From NCBI RefSeq assembly GCF_004010195.1, contig NC_057718.1, forward strand, positions 100,775,637-100,839,636: a DNA stretch of 64,000 nucleotides. The letters are read 5' to 3'. The translations under genes were made by a program, and so were the position numbers. Position 1 is the first letter of the stretch, and every line of letters starts with the position of its first letter. This stretch comes from Chiloscyllium plagiosum. Its lineage: Eukaryota. The notes beneath the pieces were generated by a model. It was not told the origin of the DNA. It saw only the letters and a program-made list of their open reading frames with translations, and did not search any database. Shown here in pieces: positions 38,188-50,804 of this stretch.

Positions 38188-38767
38188 ACTCTTCAAGTTA
38201 CACCCAAGCAGAACCTGCAGAAGGGTATCAGAGCTGTTATATTTTGTTGCCTAATTGCTCATGTTGATAATTGTGAAGGCAAGCCAGAAAAATCAAGAAT
38301 GTTCCTCAGGATAGATTCCTGGTTTGTGCTGTTTACTGATATCAGCAGTACAATTAGCCTCAGTGCCTTTGGGAAAAGGTGACAGAGGAGGAAGGACAGT
38401 TGAAGTCTGAGCTCCCAATTGCTGTTCATTGATGGAAGATGCACATGTGTAAAGTTTGGGTACAGACAGATTGACCTTGGCTGTGATGCTCACAAGATGT
38501 ATGATCTCGCTGCACCCACTGGTGATGCACAACTCAGAAGACTGTCTCATTTGAATGAGATGCTGAAAGGAAACATGGCCTCTGTGGAATCCTATCGCAG
38601 TGCGGTTAATCAAGTCGTGAACATTAAAAGCTATCGAGGAAAACAATGAGGGGGAAAATACATTTACAAGAGCCTCATTCATTTTATAATTGAATGAAAT
38701 GTGTTTCAGTTAAAAGAATTATATTGTCATGCTTGTGGTTTCAGAGGTCAACAGCACAATATATTAA

Positions 38768-40550
38768 GGCGGTGGTGAGCTGCCTTCATCAACTGTTGCA
38801 GTCCATGTCCACAATCTCATTAGGGAGGGAATTCAGGGATTCTGACCCAGCTACACTAAAGGAACAGCGATGTATTTCCATGTCAGGATGGTGAGTGACT
38901 TGGAGGGAACCTTACAGATACTTGTTCCCATGTATCTACTGCACTTGTCCTTCCCGATGGAAATGGTTGGGTCTAAAAGGTGCAGGCTAAGGATTTTGGG
39001 TGATTTTTCGTGATGCATCTTATAGTATACATTGCTGCTGCTGAGAACCTGTGATGGAGAGAGTGAATGTTTGTAAATGTGGTGCCAATCAAGCGAACTG
39101 CTTAGTCCAGGATGGTGTCAAACCTCTTGAATGTTGGAGTTGCACCCATCCAGGCAAGTGGGGAGTAATCTGTCATACTCCTGAATTGTGCCTTGGATAT
39201 GGTGTATGGGCTTTGGTGAGTTACTCACTGTAGTATTCCTAGCTCAGTATTCCTAACCTGTTCTTGTATCCGCTGTATTCATTTGGCAACTCCAGTTGAA
39301 TTTCTGGACAATAGTAACCCTCAATGTTGGTAGTGAGGATTTCAGTAATGCTAACACCATTGAATGTCAAAGAATGTGGTTAGATTGTCACTTATTGGGG
39401 ATGGTCATTGCCTGGCATTTGTGTCACGCGAATGGTACTTGCAACTTGAGAGTTCAAGCCCAGATCTTGTTGCATTTGATCATGGACTGCTTCAGATCTG
39501 AGGAGTGGCAAATGGTGCTGAATATTGTCCACGCTATCAGATGGATGTCAGTATTGTAACTGTACTCGAAGTGCTTGGCTAGGGGAACAGAAAATTCTGA
39601 AGCACAAGTCTTAAGTGCTACTGCTGGAAAGTTGTCCAGGGCCCATAGCCTTACCATATCCAGTGCCTCCAACTATTTCTTATTATCACGTGGAGTGACG
39701 CTGGGGACCACGAGAGGAGGCTGAGATGGATCATTCACTCAGCACTTCTGGTTGAAGATGGCTGAGAACCTTTCATTATTGAGAATGGGGATGTTTGTGG
39801 AGCTGCCGCCTCCAGTGAGTTGTCTAATTGACCACCACCATTCACAACAGGATGTGGCAAGACTGCAGCACGTAGATCTAAGTCATTGGATAAGTCTGTC
39901 TATCACTTGCTGCTTATACTATATGGCACACAAGTCCTGTTCAGTAGCTTCACCAGGTTGACACCTCAGTTTTAGGTTTGCCTGGTGCTGCTCCTGGCAT
40001 GTTCTCCTGCACACTTCATTAAAGCATGGTTGTTCCTCTGGTTTGATGGTAATGGTTGAGTGGGAGATATACCGGGCCACGAGGTTGCAGATTGTGCTTG
40101 AGTACAATTCTACTGCTGTTGATCATCGCATGGATGCCTGGTCTTGAGTTGCTAGGTCTATTCAAGTCAGTCCCATTTAGAATGCTGATAGCGACACTAT
40201 ACAATGGAGGTAGTCTCAATATGAAGACAGGATATTATCTCCACAGGTAATGTGTGGTGGTAACTCATGAACCGATGTATTTGTAGCCAGTAATTAGATT
40301 GGTAAGGATGAGATCGAGTATGTTTTCCTCTCTTGTTGGTTCCCTCACCAATTGCTACACACCCAGTCCAGCAGCTATGTCCTTGAGAATCCGAACAGCT
40401 TGATAATTAGTACAGATGCCAAGCAACCTATGGTGAAGGACGTTGAAGTCCCCCAGCCAGAGTATGTTTCTTTTTCCTGTGACACCCTCAGTGCCTCCTC
40501 AAATTGTTGCTTAACATGGAAGAGGGCTGTTTCAGCAGCCGAGGAAGGAT
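38768..40550 (-). mobile_element. Degraded L2/CR1-like LINE
   Basis: ALKTCASEFSVPLAKHFEYSYNT, TITIKPEEQPCFNEVCRR, and the 3' tail at the left end. Confidence 0.8.
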
Positions 40551-40935
40551 GATAATCGGGAAATAGTGCCGGATAGCACTACTAGATTTTGAAAAGATTA
40601 AGGATCAGAAGTAAAGATCCAGTGTAGTAAAGAGACCCACAGTCCTGAGTTGGGCAATGTGAATAAAAATCGCAGTAATGAGGTACATTTGACTTGTGTT
40701 TCTTTCCAGGAAGGATAACGGATGCATTAAGGTGAGTATCAGTGATCTAAACCTCTGTGGTTCAAAAGAAAACTGAGCGAAATATCCCTGGCTCCATTTT
40801 ATGTTTGCAATTGGATCAAACCTGAGTGTGTTATCCTGTAAAATTGACGACAACCTCTTGGATCAATGCCTGTGCAAGCAAACTGGGAAACCTCGAGGAT
40901 TGTTTTTCATGATGTGTTGTTGAACTTTCCCTGAC

Positions 40936-41164
40936 AGTATAGGGTAACCCCTGTATCCGCGGAATCGATTTCCGCGGTTTCGGATACCTGCGGTTTACCA
41001 CGACCCGAACATATTATAGGGAACCTTCCAGAACCAGGGAGCAGGGGACTTTTGGAAGGTAAATTTCCCGTTGAAATGAATGGGTTTGCTCCTATCAGCG
41101 GTTTTGGGTTTCTGCGGTAGGTCTTGGAATGTATCTCCCGGAGGTACAGGGTGGATCTACTGTA
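40936..41164. mobile_element. Tigger-like MITE
   Basis: Imperfect TIRs cagta..cccctgtatccgcgg / ccggaggtacaggg..tactg, TA at the right end, CpG-rich. Confidence 0.6.
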
Positions 41165-42249
41165 TGTCAAAATATCTGAACTGATGAAAATATTCCCTCT
41201 TCATGCTGCAATTTTGCTCTTCAAACCTTCTGGGGATGATAAACTTTGGGCACGAGTTATAATTGAGTTTTTCTTGCTATTGAACAACCTCTCTAACACG
41301 AGAAAACTGAACTTATATTTGTGCAATTTTTAAAACGCGATGCCATTGTCTTCTTTTATTTTTCGAACTCTGATGTTTCAATTTCTAATAGACCCCTCCA
41401 AATGTTTATTTCTCTTGGTGATATTTATTACAGCTGAATGATAAACAGTGTATTTTATGTCCTGGATTGATATCTATGAGAATACTTCAATACACTTTTC
41501 TGCTTTTCCTATTGTGCATGATATACTAATGCTGAACATTTGGAGAGACCCTTGACTGGGTGCCAGATTCAATTTAATTTCAGGAAAGCTAAGTCTTTGT
41601 GGATAGGTTTCTTTTTAAAGTTATTCTTCAATATTGAACATTTCTGGGTGCGTTCTGTCAGTGGCCATAGGACAAAACCACCTATAGCTTACAATTAACA
41701 ATTTCACCCTGTGTCTAAGGCAGTTATAGGAGATGGTTGAATTTGACGCAGTGCTGTTCTGGTTATGCAGGCAGCTGTGCTCCACTTGACCTCTTGAGTA
41801 CTTAATGCTGATGCAAAGTAATGATAAGCCATACCTTAGTATTGATCTCGACACCAGAGTTGCTGATGGCAAGCACAGCCCTGTCAATCCTTCCTAATTA
41901 CATTTGGGGGGGCTTTGTCAAGATGTTTTCCAGTCCAGCACAAACCAGACAAAGCCATATTCATGGGATTCTAACCTACACTGCACCAGTCACTGCCACC
42001 ATCATGCCTGGCTTTGATGTGTCCCTCCAGCAGGTCCGACCCACCAGAGGCGGAATAAAATCAAGATGTTGCCATGGGAATCCTCAGCTTTAACATGGGC
42101 AAGGAAATCTGCTGATTACCACTTATTGCCAAGACTCCCACCCTATCAGCCAAATCAGTATGCCTACATGTTGAACGCTACTTTAAAAAAACACTGATGG
42201 TGGCATACCATAGAGTACACTCCGTCTGGGGGTGTTTTGATGTCATACA

Positions 42250-43030
42250 AGTGCGAGTAGGAGATTAAATCCTTCGAGCCTGTTTCAACATTCAGCATGG
42301 CTGATCTGTGGCCTAGCTCCCTACACCTGCTTTTGGCCCATATCCCATAGTACTTTTGCTTAACAAAAAATGATCAATCTGTGATTCATAATTAACAACT
42401 GATCCAGCATCCACTGTCACTTTTGGAAGTTCGAAACCTTTCTCACCCTTTGTGTACAAAAGTGCTTCCTAATATCTCTCTAGAATGTTTGGGCCCTAAT
42501 TCTCAGAATGTGCTCTCTAGTTCTAGAATCTCTAACCAACGGAAATAGTTTAGTTTTATCAACACTGCCTTTTCCTGTTAATATCTTGAAGACTTGAATC
42601 AAGTCACCCCCTTAACCTTCTAAGTTCTTCAGAAAGCAGGCGTAATTGGTGTAGTCTCTCCTTATAACTCAGACTGACTGATTTGGCAGCGTCTTATAAG
42701 AAGGCATTCAAAAGTCTGACGTTTCGACTCAGAAAATGTTTCTTCTGATAAGAGGAAGAAATCTATCCCGAAGGCCATAGATTTAAGACAATTTGGAAGG
42801 CAACCAGTTGCAAAATGAGGAGAAAATTCAGTGTGTATGTTATTGAATCTGGAGTGCATTACCTGAAAGGTAAGTAGAAGTAGACTCCATGGAAAGGTTC
42901 AAAAGATAATTGCACATGTTTCTTGAAGGTGACCAATTTTCTGGCATTGCCGAGCAAAAGATGGGGCATTGGACAACTCTTTCAAAGAGTTAGAATGGGC
43001 ATGGTGGGCTGAATGGCCTCATTCTGCATA
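42250..43030. mobile_element. Two old CR1 3' ends, minus (42250-42670) and plus (42770-43030)
   Basis: Both tails are recognisable and point outward. Confidence 0.65.
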
Positions 43031-43234
43031 TATAAGTCAATGTTTCATTGCTTTTAGCGTGAGGCAAGAGCCTTTAAATACTTGGGTGCTGTAACATCCA
43101 GCTCTGCTTCTTAAAAGATTTTCAGTGTAGCATCTAGGTTGTTGGCAATAGCCTTAGCCCTGTATGTGTTTAAACCCTTTTAATGCTAGATGCCATCTAC
43201 CATTCCTTCCACAGAATTTTGAATGCTTGCTCGC

Positions 43235-43310
43235 CCTGAAGAAGGGCTTATGTCCGAAACGTCGATTCTCCTGCTCCTCAGATGTTGTGCTTTTCCAGTG
43301 CCACACTTTT
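43235..43310 (+). mobile_element. Family A single arm with hammerhead core at 43236-43263
   Basis: CUGAAGA A GGGC UUAU GUCC GAAA CGUC. Confidence 0.75.
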
Positions 43311-43568
43311 AGATTCTTCTCTCAGCCCCAGCACTGGTGTCAAATTAAGACTTGCAGACAGCTCTCCCAAAGTCTTGATCCTGTCTATGGTTCTGAGTTA
43401 CAGTTAGCTTCTGTACTATAATGGAAGCTATGGAAATAGGAGGGGGCAGCAACTCCCCCAGGAAGATTTGCTCTTTGTATAAAATTGCTAGATTCTGTTC
43501 CTATGCTAATTTATTTGTGTGCAGATATTTAGAATGTAGAAATTACAGTTTTTATTTTTTCAATACAG

Positions 43569-43631
43569 ATGCTTTTGATGATGGCATTGTACAGCTGAAG
43601 GATATTTCTGTATGGAGAGAAGATGCAAAAC
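43569..43631 (+). CDS. MACROD2: MACROD-family coding exon (DAFDDGIVQLKDISVWREDAK)
   Basis: Pyrimidine-rich tract plus tacag| acceptor, |gtaagt donor, 63 nt, phase 1-1. The peptide resembles MACROD2 DYIPLNSILSWKEEMK. Confidence 0.75.
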
Positions 43632-44019
43632 GTAAGTGGTTTTTGATTTATTGCTTTTGGAATTTCCTTTTACTGAGGGCTTCAAAATAATGAATCAATC
43701 TAGAATTAAGTCATGCATAAATATCACCTGCGTTGGAACTTTGATTATTAGTGACTTATTATATGGCAACTAAGACCTGCATAAGAGCTCTCGCTAAAAG
43801 ATACATCTTCTCCTTGTTCGTCTGACTTGACCTTTGAGTGTTTGCCAGCTGACTCAACGTGATTGGACAGTAGTAAACCTGCCACCAGCACAAACGTGTC
43901 CCATTTATTGCATGCACATTGTCAACTTGGATCCAGGCCAGAGTCAGATAGAAACCAAAAATCATGCCTTTGTGGATAGAGTTTTTTAATTTGCTTATCA
44001 ACTTGTTCATTCCCAGCTC

Positions 44020-44335
44020 TTGTTTCAGAGATAGGGACACTACCGGTACACCAAAAGAGCCCTCCATTACTCTGTCTTAGATATTTTCTAATCATCCAGT
44101 TCAAAGATACATACATTTGGAGCAGGTGGGACTTGAACCCAGGCTTCCTAGCACAGAGGTAAGGATGATGCCACTGCACCACAAAGCCCTTTACTGCACT
44201 ATCATTTTTTAAAAAATAACTTTTTTTTAATCAACCTGTCCAGAGATGTTATGACATACATCTGGAACAGATGGACCTTGAACCCGTAGCTCACGGGTAG
44301 GGACACTACCACTACACCACAGGAGCCCTTTACTA
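44020..44335 (-). repeat. Tandem diverged tRNA-derived SINE heads (two near-complete, one partial)
   Basis: Recurring gggacactacc..cacca..agccct; the minus strand shows tggtgtagtgg (A box) and gggttcaag (B box). Confidence 0.6.
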
Positions 44336-44569
44336 TTTCATCTTACAGCACCTTCCATATTGTGCTCCCATCTACTTCCCCCTTTGGATTTATTCAGTCA
44401 CTTAAATAATCAGTTAACCCCAATCACCTAATTAACTACTTGCTATCGTAACAGCAATGACCAAACATGTGTTTTTATATTCTTTTCGCATCAATTGCAT
44501 TTTTTTCACAAAAGTTATCATTTATGCAATGGAATAGGTCTAAAGTATGAAGGATGTCATCAGGCGCAC

Positions 44570-45095
44570 TTAGAATCATAGAGTCACAGAGATGTACAGT
44601 ATGGAAACAGACCCTTCGGTCCAACCTGTCCATGCCGACCATTTATCCCAACCCAATCTATTCCCACCTGCCAGCACCCGGCCCATATCCCTCCAAACCC
44701 TTCCTACTCATATACCCATCCAGATGCCTCTTAAATGTTGCAATTGTATTAGCCTTTGTTTTGTAATTTCTACAAGTAGCCCTAAAACAAACCGCTGTAA
44801 ACACACTTGGATTACTGTCTGCAGTTTTGCTCTCCTTGCTTGCACTAGAGAGGCTACAGAGGAGGTTCACTAGGTTGATTCCGGAGTTGAGGGGGTTGGC
44901 TGAGGAGAGTTTGAGTAGACTGGGATTATGTTCATTGGAATTTAGAAGAATGAGGGGTTTCTTACAGAAACCTATAAAATTATGCAGGGAATAGGTAAGA
45001 TAGAAGTAGAGAGATTGTTTCCACTGGCGGGTGAAACCAGGGCATAGCCTCAAAATTAGGGGGAGCAGATTTAGGACTGAATTGAGAAGGAACTT
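44570..45095. mobile_element. CR1 3' end (minus, 44570-44752) and CR1 fragment (plus, 44845-45095)
   Basis: TFKRHLDGYMSRKGLEGYG on minus; RRFTRLIPELRGL on plus. Confidence 0.8.
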
Positions 45096-45652
45096 GAAAA
45101 GTAACTAAACATAAGCTCTCCAATCGGTCCACAGAACTAACATCTTTCATCTCCGGGACCATCATTCTCTGCACTCAAAACTTTCTAAAGTGTGGAGCCC
45201 TGAATAAGACATAATACCAGTGGCAGAAATGACCTTTTACCGGAAGATTCATTATAATTTAGTTTTTGTTCGGTTGTTCAGTTTATTGGATGTGGGAGAG
45301 TGAAGGTGGAGGGATGATTTGATGGCAATATTTAAAATCATCACTGGACAGTGTATATGAGTGAGATGTCAGGTGTTGACTTGATGCAAGTTAATATCAT
45401 TCATTTTGGGATTTAGGTTTTGAACTAGTGGGAAATGGGTTTTGGTGTGCATATTTATGAAGAAGGTTAATAATTGCCAGTATTTCTGGAGCCATGATTT
45501 TAAACCATTTTGCGTCAAAGAGTAACTGACTAATGCCTCCTAAAGAGATAATACAAATTTGTTTGTATTGTGAGAATTTTAGGACTGGAGAGATCAAACA
45601 TGGAAAAGCATCCAATTGCTTTTGGGTATGGAAGAATCAAGAATGAAATTTC

Positions 45653-45921
45653 ATAGAATCCCTTCGGGGGGCATAATAAGGCCATTCAGCCCATTGCTGA
45701 CTGTCTGAACACAGACCCACCCTTCTACACTATCCCTGTAACCTTGTGTTTTCCCATAGCCAATCCACCTAACCTGCATTTCTCTGGACTCTGGGAGGAA
45801 ACTGGAGTAAAACCACACAGACAATTGACAAACTCCACACACAGCCACCCAAGTCTAGAATCAAACCTGGTCCCTGGCACTGTGAAGCAGCAGTGCTAAC
45901 CACTCAGTCACTGTGCCACCC
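45653..45921 (-). mobile_element. Diverged HE1-like SINE
   Basis: gcagcagtgctaaccact..ctgtgccaccc head. Confidence 0.8.
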
Positions 45922-46494
45922 TAAATTTTGCTCAGGAAAATTGTTAAACTTCTCGTCTGCACACCAAAACCCACTTGGCACTAGTTCAAAACCCAACCTC
46001 CAAAATAAATGGTGTTAGTTTGCTCAGGAAAATTGCATTGATTGAAAACCTTTCAGTTCACTTAGCAGAAATCATGGCTTGGGTCAAATGGAAGAATATT
46101 TTTTACTTGGACAAAAGAGCTCAATCAGAACAGTTTTAAAAGAAAAGGTTACCTTAGTGTAAGGGTTTTGTCTCAAATTCCAGACCAGAAGCATGTCGTT
46201 CAAATCTTGAATGGGTTATTTGAAGCTAAGAAAGTTTAAACTCAATTGTGTGAATATTCAAGGAGAAAGCAAACAGCTTTTAAGATCAGGAATTGAAAGA
46301 AACAGTTGGGTTAAATCAGTGGATATGATAGAAAAAGGGACTCTGTCTGCTATTTGAATGCTGTGAAGAGATTGTGTTGGAATAACTGGGATTTCCTTTC
46401 CTGTGTGCTTTGAAATCTTATTTGTATTTGCAGAGACATCCTATTTTGCTCAAAAAACACATAGTCAATCCATGTGTTATTTTATAAATTGCTA

Positions 46495-46875
46495 CTTTGG
46501 AAATAGAACTAGTCTGACTCAAGATTGGAATACATGCAGACTCTAACCTCACACCTTTAATGCATTGTCTGAGCTGAGATCTCACTTTTCTTTTTATAAA
46601 GCCTTAAATTATCTCGGCAATTGACTTGAAAAAAGTTCTGGGATTTACATATTAATGTAACCTGCAACCCATTCTAAAAGATGAAAGACTTAACAGCAAT
46701 CTAGGTTTGTTCAGTATATCATTTCAGTTGTGTGACACTATGATCTTTTACTATAAATTATGTGTCCTATGATCCTGTCCCACTAGCTACCTGATGAAGG
46801 AGCAGTGCTCCGAAAGCTTGTATTTCCAAATAAACCTGTTGGACTATAACCTGGTGTTGTGTGATTTTTAACTTA
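46495..46875 (+). mobile_element. Family B Penelope-derived element
   Basis: Homologous to 20572-21190 (reverse); ends in the family B terminus. Confidence 0.75.
46788..46822 (+). ncRNA. Minimal type I hammerhead ribozyme motif (family B)
   Basis: UAC CUGAUGA A GGAGC AGU GCUCC GAAA GC UU GUA: complete core, 5-bp helix II, stem I UAC/GUA, palindromic AGCU. Confidence 0.7.
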
Positions 46876-47104
46876 AACTTTAATAGTTCTATGACTGTAA
46901 ATCCCATTGAGGCAGGCAGATTTTGTCTGGTATTCTCTCACTACGTATAAAAATCTGTCACTATACACATATGAGAGATCTAACACTCCCATGTAATATC
47001 AGATTTGGAAGTGGTGTAGTTCATCAAAATGGCAATTTTGTCTGTAGCTCCATAATGTTTATAAGCAAATTCTTTGCTTCACATGCAAACTTTGAGTCTA
47101 CTGC

Positions 47105-47325
47105 AGAGAGTGGCATAGTAGTTGTCACTGGACTAGCAACCCAGCGACCCAGGTTAATGACCTGGGAAGATGGGTTCAATTCTCACCATTAGTGGAATTG
47201 GAAGTTAGTCTTGGTCATAGATCTAGTAAAAACTCATCTGAGACACTCAATTTGGGGGTAATTGGGGATAGACGTCAAATACTGGCCTTACAATGATGCT
47301 CACTTACCGTGAAACATTTTTAAAA
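47105..47325 (+). mobile_element. Degraded SacSINE1-like SINE
   Basis: gtcactggactagcaacccag..atgggttcaattctcacca head. Confidence 0.55.
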
Positions 47326-47519
47326 AATGTAGATATTTAAACAAACATTTCAGTGCAAGGTTCTGGTAAAATTTTAATGCAATCTATTGACATTTTCCCT
47401 ACATTTTATCATTCTCACATTGATTACAGTACAATGTACAGATTTCAGTTCAGCCGTTGAAATTATTGTGTACATTTTATCCTGCTTTCTGGAAAAAAAA
47501 GAGTATAAACTATACAGAA

Positions 47520-47708
47520 TAAAAAACCAAAAGAATTGCGAATGTGCAAATCAGAAATAAAATCAGAAGTTGTTGGGAAAGCTCAACAGGTCTGGCAGCA
47601 TCTGTGAAGAAAAATCTTCCTCAGGAAGAATCACTGGACCTGAAACATTAACTGTGATTTTTCTTCACAGATGCCAGACCTATCGAGCCTTTCCAGCAAC
47701 CTCTGTTA
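47520..47708. mobile_element. Older family A-related palindrome
   Basis: aggtctggcagcatctgtgaagaaaaatc / gatttttcttcacagatgccagacct inverted arms. Confidence 0.7.
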
Positions 47709-47791
47709 TTATATATAAACCGTAAAGAGTTGTGGTAGTTTATTATTTATTTGCAATGTTCTCATTTTCTTTCACAATTCTTTCATGACAG

Positions 47792-47860
47792 AGATATACC
47801 TGAAAGAAAAACTGGAGGATAAAGACCAGGATGAATATCCTCCAATGAAAGAAAAAACAG
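47792..47860 (+). CDS. MACROD2: MACROD-family coding exon, charged linker (QIYLKEKLEDKDQDEYPPMKEKT)
   Basis: Pyrimidine tract plus gacag| acceptor, CAG|gtaagc donor, 69 nt, phase 1-1, purine-rich and in frame with the flanking exons. Confidence 0.7.
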
Positions 47861-48699
47861 GTAAGCTCAAGATTGAGGGCCGGTTGCTGTTCACTGAGTG
47901 GACATTACAAGGTGGCTGGTGTGTGGCTTTGATGAGTCATAACCTATCATATCTTACATATGTATATTTTTTTATTCAGACTTCTTGTGACTTTGAGTGG
48001 CAGTTTCGTTTAATTTGCATTGTTCAAATGATGTATAACAAAAGGTCTGAATGTTAGCTAACCGCTCGAAACAGGGAGGTACGCTTATGAGAAAGAAAGC
48101 ATCTATGTATCTTTTCAGGTGAACAGGAGAGAAATATGTTGATCACAAACCAAGTGATTAACCTTTCTTACCCCTCTCTCTGAGACCCTGCCCGATTCTG
48201 TAGCTGAGAGTGTGGTAATTTCAAAGTTTTTCCCCAGTCATCCTTGATTAGTCCAAACTTTGTGTGTAGCTAACAGAGAAATTTAAAAGTTGTCGTAGTC
48301 CCAGAGGACCATTGGGCTGCTCTCTCTTTAGAAACAGCTGACTGATGGTGTGGGTCACCACGTCTCAGGATGAACTTAAATAGACGGTAACCTCAGCTGG
48401 TGTGGGAATCGAACCCACACAGTTGATGCCACTTTGCATTGTAAAGCAGCCGTACAGCTCACTAAACTAATCGATCCCTACAATATACAATTATTCCTGT
48501 ATCCTCAACATTGAATGTATGGTGCAAGTGAATGTCTTACCCACTATTGCATAAAATTTACAGTGTACAAGTAGGCCATTCAGCCCCACCTTTCCATGCT
48601 GCTCTGTATGCTCCATTTACTGGAGCACTTACCACTCCATTCATTCCCTGAGTGAAAAGGTTTCTCCTGAATTCTGTTTTGGACTAATAGTGACTAAAC

Positions 48700-49103
48700 A
48701 TCAATTCCCTCCACCGTTGACGCTTAGTAGTAGCAGTGTGTACTATCTACAAAATGCACTGCAGAAATTCACTAAAGATCCTCAGACAACACATTCCAAA
48801 TCCACAACCACTTCCATCTAGACGGACGAGGATAACAGTTACATGGCGACAGCACCACCTTCAAATTCTTCTCTAAGTCACTCACCATTCTGACTTGGAA
48901 ATATATCACCATTCCCTCATTGTCACTGGGTCAAAACCCTAGAATTCCGTCCCTAAGGACATTGTGGGTCAACCACAGCAGGTGGACTGCAGCGATTCAA
49001 GAAGGCAGTTCATCCCCACCTTCTCAAGGGGAAACTAGGGACAGGAGGTAAATGCTGGCCCAGCCAGTGACACCCATGTCCCAGAAATGAATATTAAAAA
49101 AAA
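48700..49103 (+). mobile_element. L2/CR1-like LINE 3' end
   Basis: actgcagcgattcaagaaggcag..aatgctggcc..atgaatattaaaaaaaa tail. Confidence 0.75.
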
Positions 49104-49115
49104 AGCTCTCATGAT

Positions 49116-49361
49116 ATTAGATTAGATTACTTACAATGTGGAAACAGGCCCTTCGGCCCAACAAGTCCACACTGACCCGCCGAAGCGCAACCCACCCAGA
49201 CCCATTCCCCCACACCTAACACTATGGGCAATTTAGCATGGCCAATTCACCTAACCTGCACATTTTTCTTTGGATTGTGGGAGGAAACCGGAGCACCCGG
49301 AGGAAACCCACGCAGACAGGGGGAGAATGTGCAAACTCCACACAGAGAGTCACCTGAGGCG
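49116..49361 (-). mobile_element. HE1-like SINE, 5'-truncated
   Basis: (ttaga)n tail and SINE body. Confidence 0.9.
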
Positions 49362-49634
49362 GTTCCATTCTCACTTGTGAGTTGAGCATTTGTCATGTCT
49401 CAACAAATTCTTAGATATTTCTACCAGAGCATCCCTCAGCCATCTTTTTCCAGAAAAACAAATGAATAAGAAGTTGCAATTCAACTCCAAGAAGCTCATC
49501 TCGTTTTTTTTTATTGAGTCTGAATTATTTACTTCAACCTTGCTATGACAGTGAGTGCACATTCTAACCATTGACGCGTTGGTTGTCTTGGAGGCAGGAC
49601 AGTTGCTGACATGTTCCTTGATTCCATGTTGCAG

Positions 49635-49745
49635 TTGAAGAAGGTGAAGAAGTGCCGGCTCCAAAAACCCACAAGCTGAGCGAAAATGTTTCACTGTACC
49701 GAGGTGACATAACGAAGCTTAAAATTGATGCAATTGTGAATGCAG
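49635..49745 (+). CDS. MACROD2: MACROD-family coding exon, start of macrodomain (VEEGEEVPAPKTHKLSENVSLYRGDITKLKIDAIVNA)
   Basis: ttgcag| acceptor, GCAG|gttggt donor, 111 nt. VSLYRGDITxLxxDAIVNA is the MACROD1/2 signature, and the intron falls after DAIVNA, as recalled for human MACROD2. Confidence 0.92.
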
Positions 49746-50804
49746 GTTGGTACTTGAATTCAAATCTAATGAGAGAGGGCGATTGTGAGAAAAGAAAGAT
49801 TTTTGGGCATTGGCTTCGACTGTAATTTTGTTGCAACTGAGAGGAATTTATATTCTGTGATAAGTTCCAGGACCTTTTACCCTGGTGTCTGTGTTCTGTC
49901 AAACGGTTTCTGTGTTTCGTTCAAAAGTGACATACCAGTGCTAAACTATAGTTTTAAAATTTCTTATTCAACTGTTCAGTGGATTTATACCAGATATATT
50001 TATGTTGCAGGATCCTGAGTAAGATAAGAAAGTGAAAGTGTGTATGCATATTTAGGCAATGTGTTCTGACCGCGTTGCTGCAAAATTGTGGTTATCATGC
50101 AGTTGCATCAATATACTCTCGTGCACTTTTGTTCATTTTTTTTAGTGAGGTATCTCAATACAGGAATGAGGATTGAGTAAAATTGGCTGTGGTAATGTCA
50201 GCCCTTGTTGTCTAATAATGAGACGAATGTCAATTTGATGCAAGTTGCTTATTTAACATAAGAAAGTACATCATACGTTGCTGTAATCCACTTAAATCAT
50301 CAGCGGCTGTGACTATGTAATTTAAAGTTTTTTTATTACATTTAGACTGGCTGTCTTTTCTTAGTTATGCTGGGCGATAATTTAACAGATACTCTTTAAT
50401 TGATATAGTCCTCACTGACCTGGTTTTGACTTTAGTGCCCATCATTCAAATAACACACATCTGATTTGCAATAACACAATTCTGACCTGACTCCCAATAA
50501 CACAGAGGAATAAATGTTTGCCACATGCAACAACATACCTGGGCAGTTTCCTGTTTCATAGAATCATGGCTCATCTTGTTTTGGCCATTGACTGTTTGAG
50601 TGATAACTCCGTCTATAGTGGCTCTTGAAGCACTCCATAACTTTCAAAGCAAAGAAATTATGGCTAAGAAGAATCTGGAAGAGGATGAATCTGACATCCT
50701 TGCTCCTCCAAAGATTCTAACCACCAAGGAGCAAGCAAAATCTTTCTAGTTGTTGAATCAGTATTGCTTAAAATGGTGTAGCATATCAAGAATGGAACTG
50801 CATG

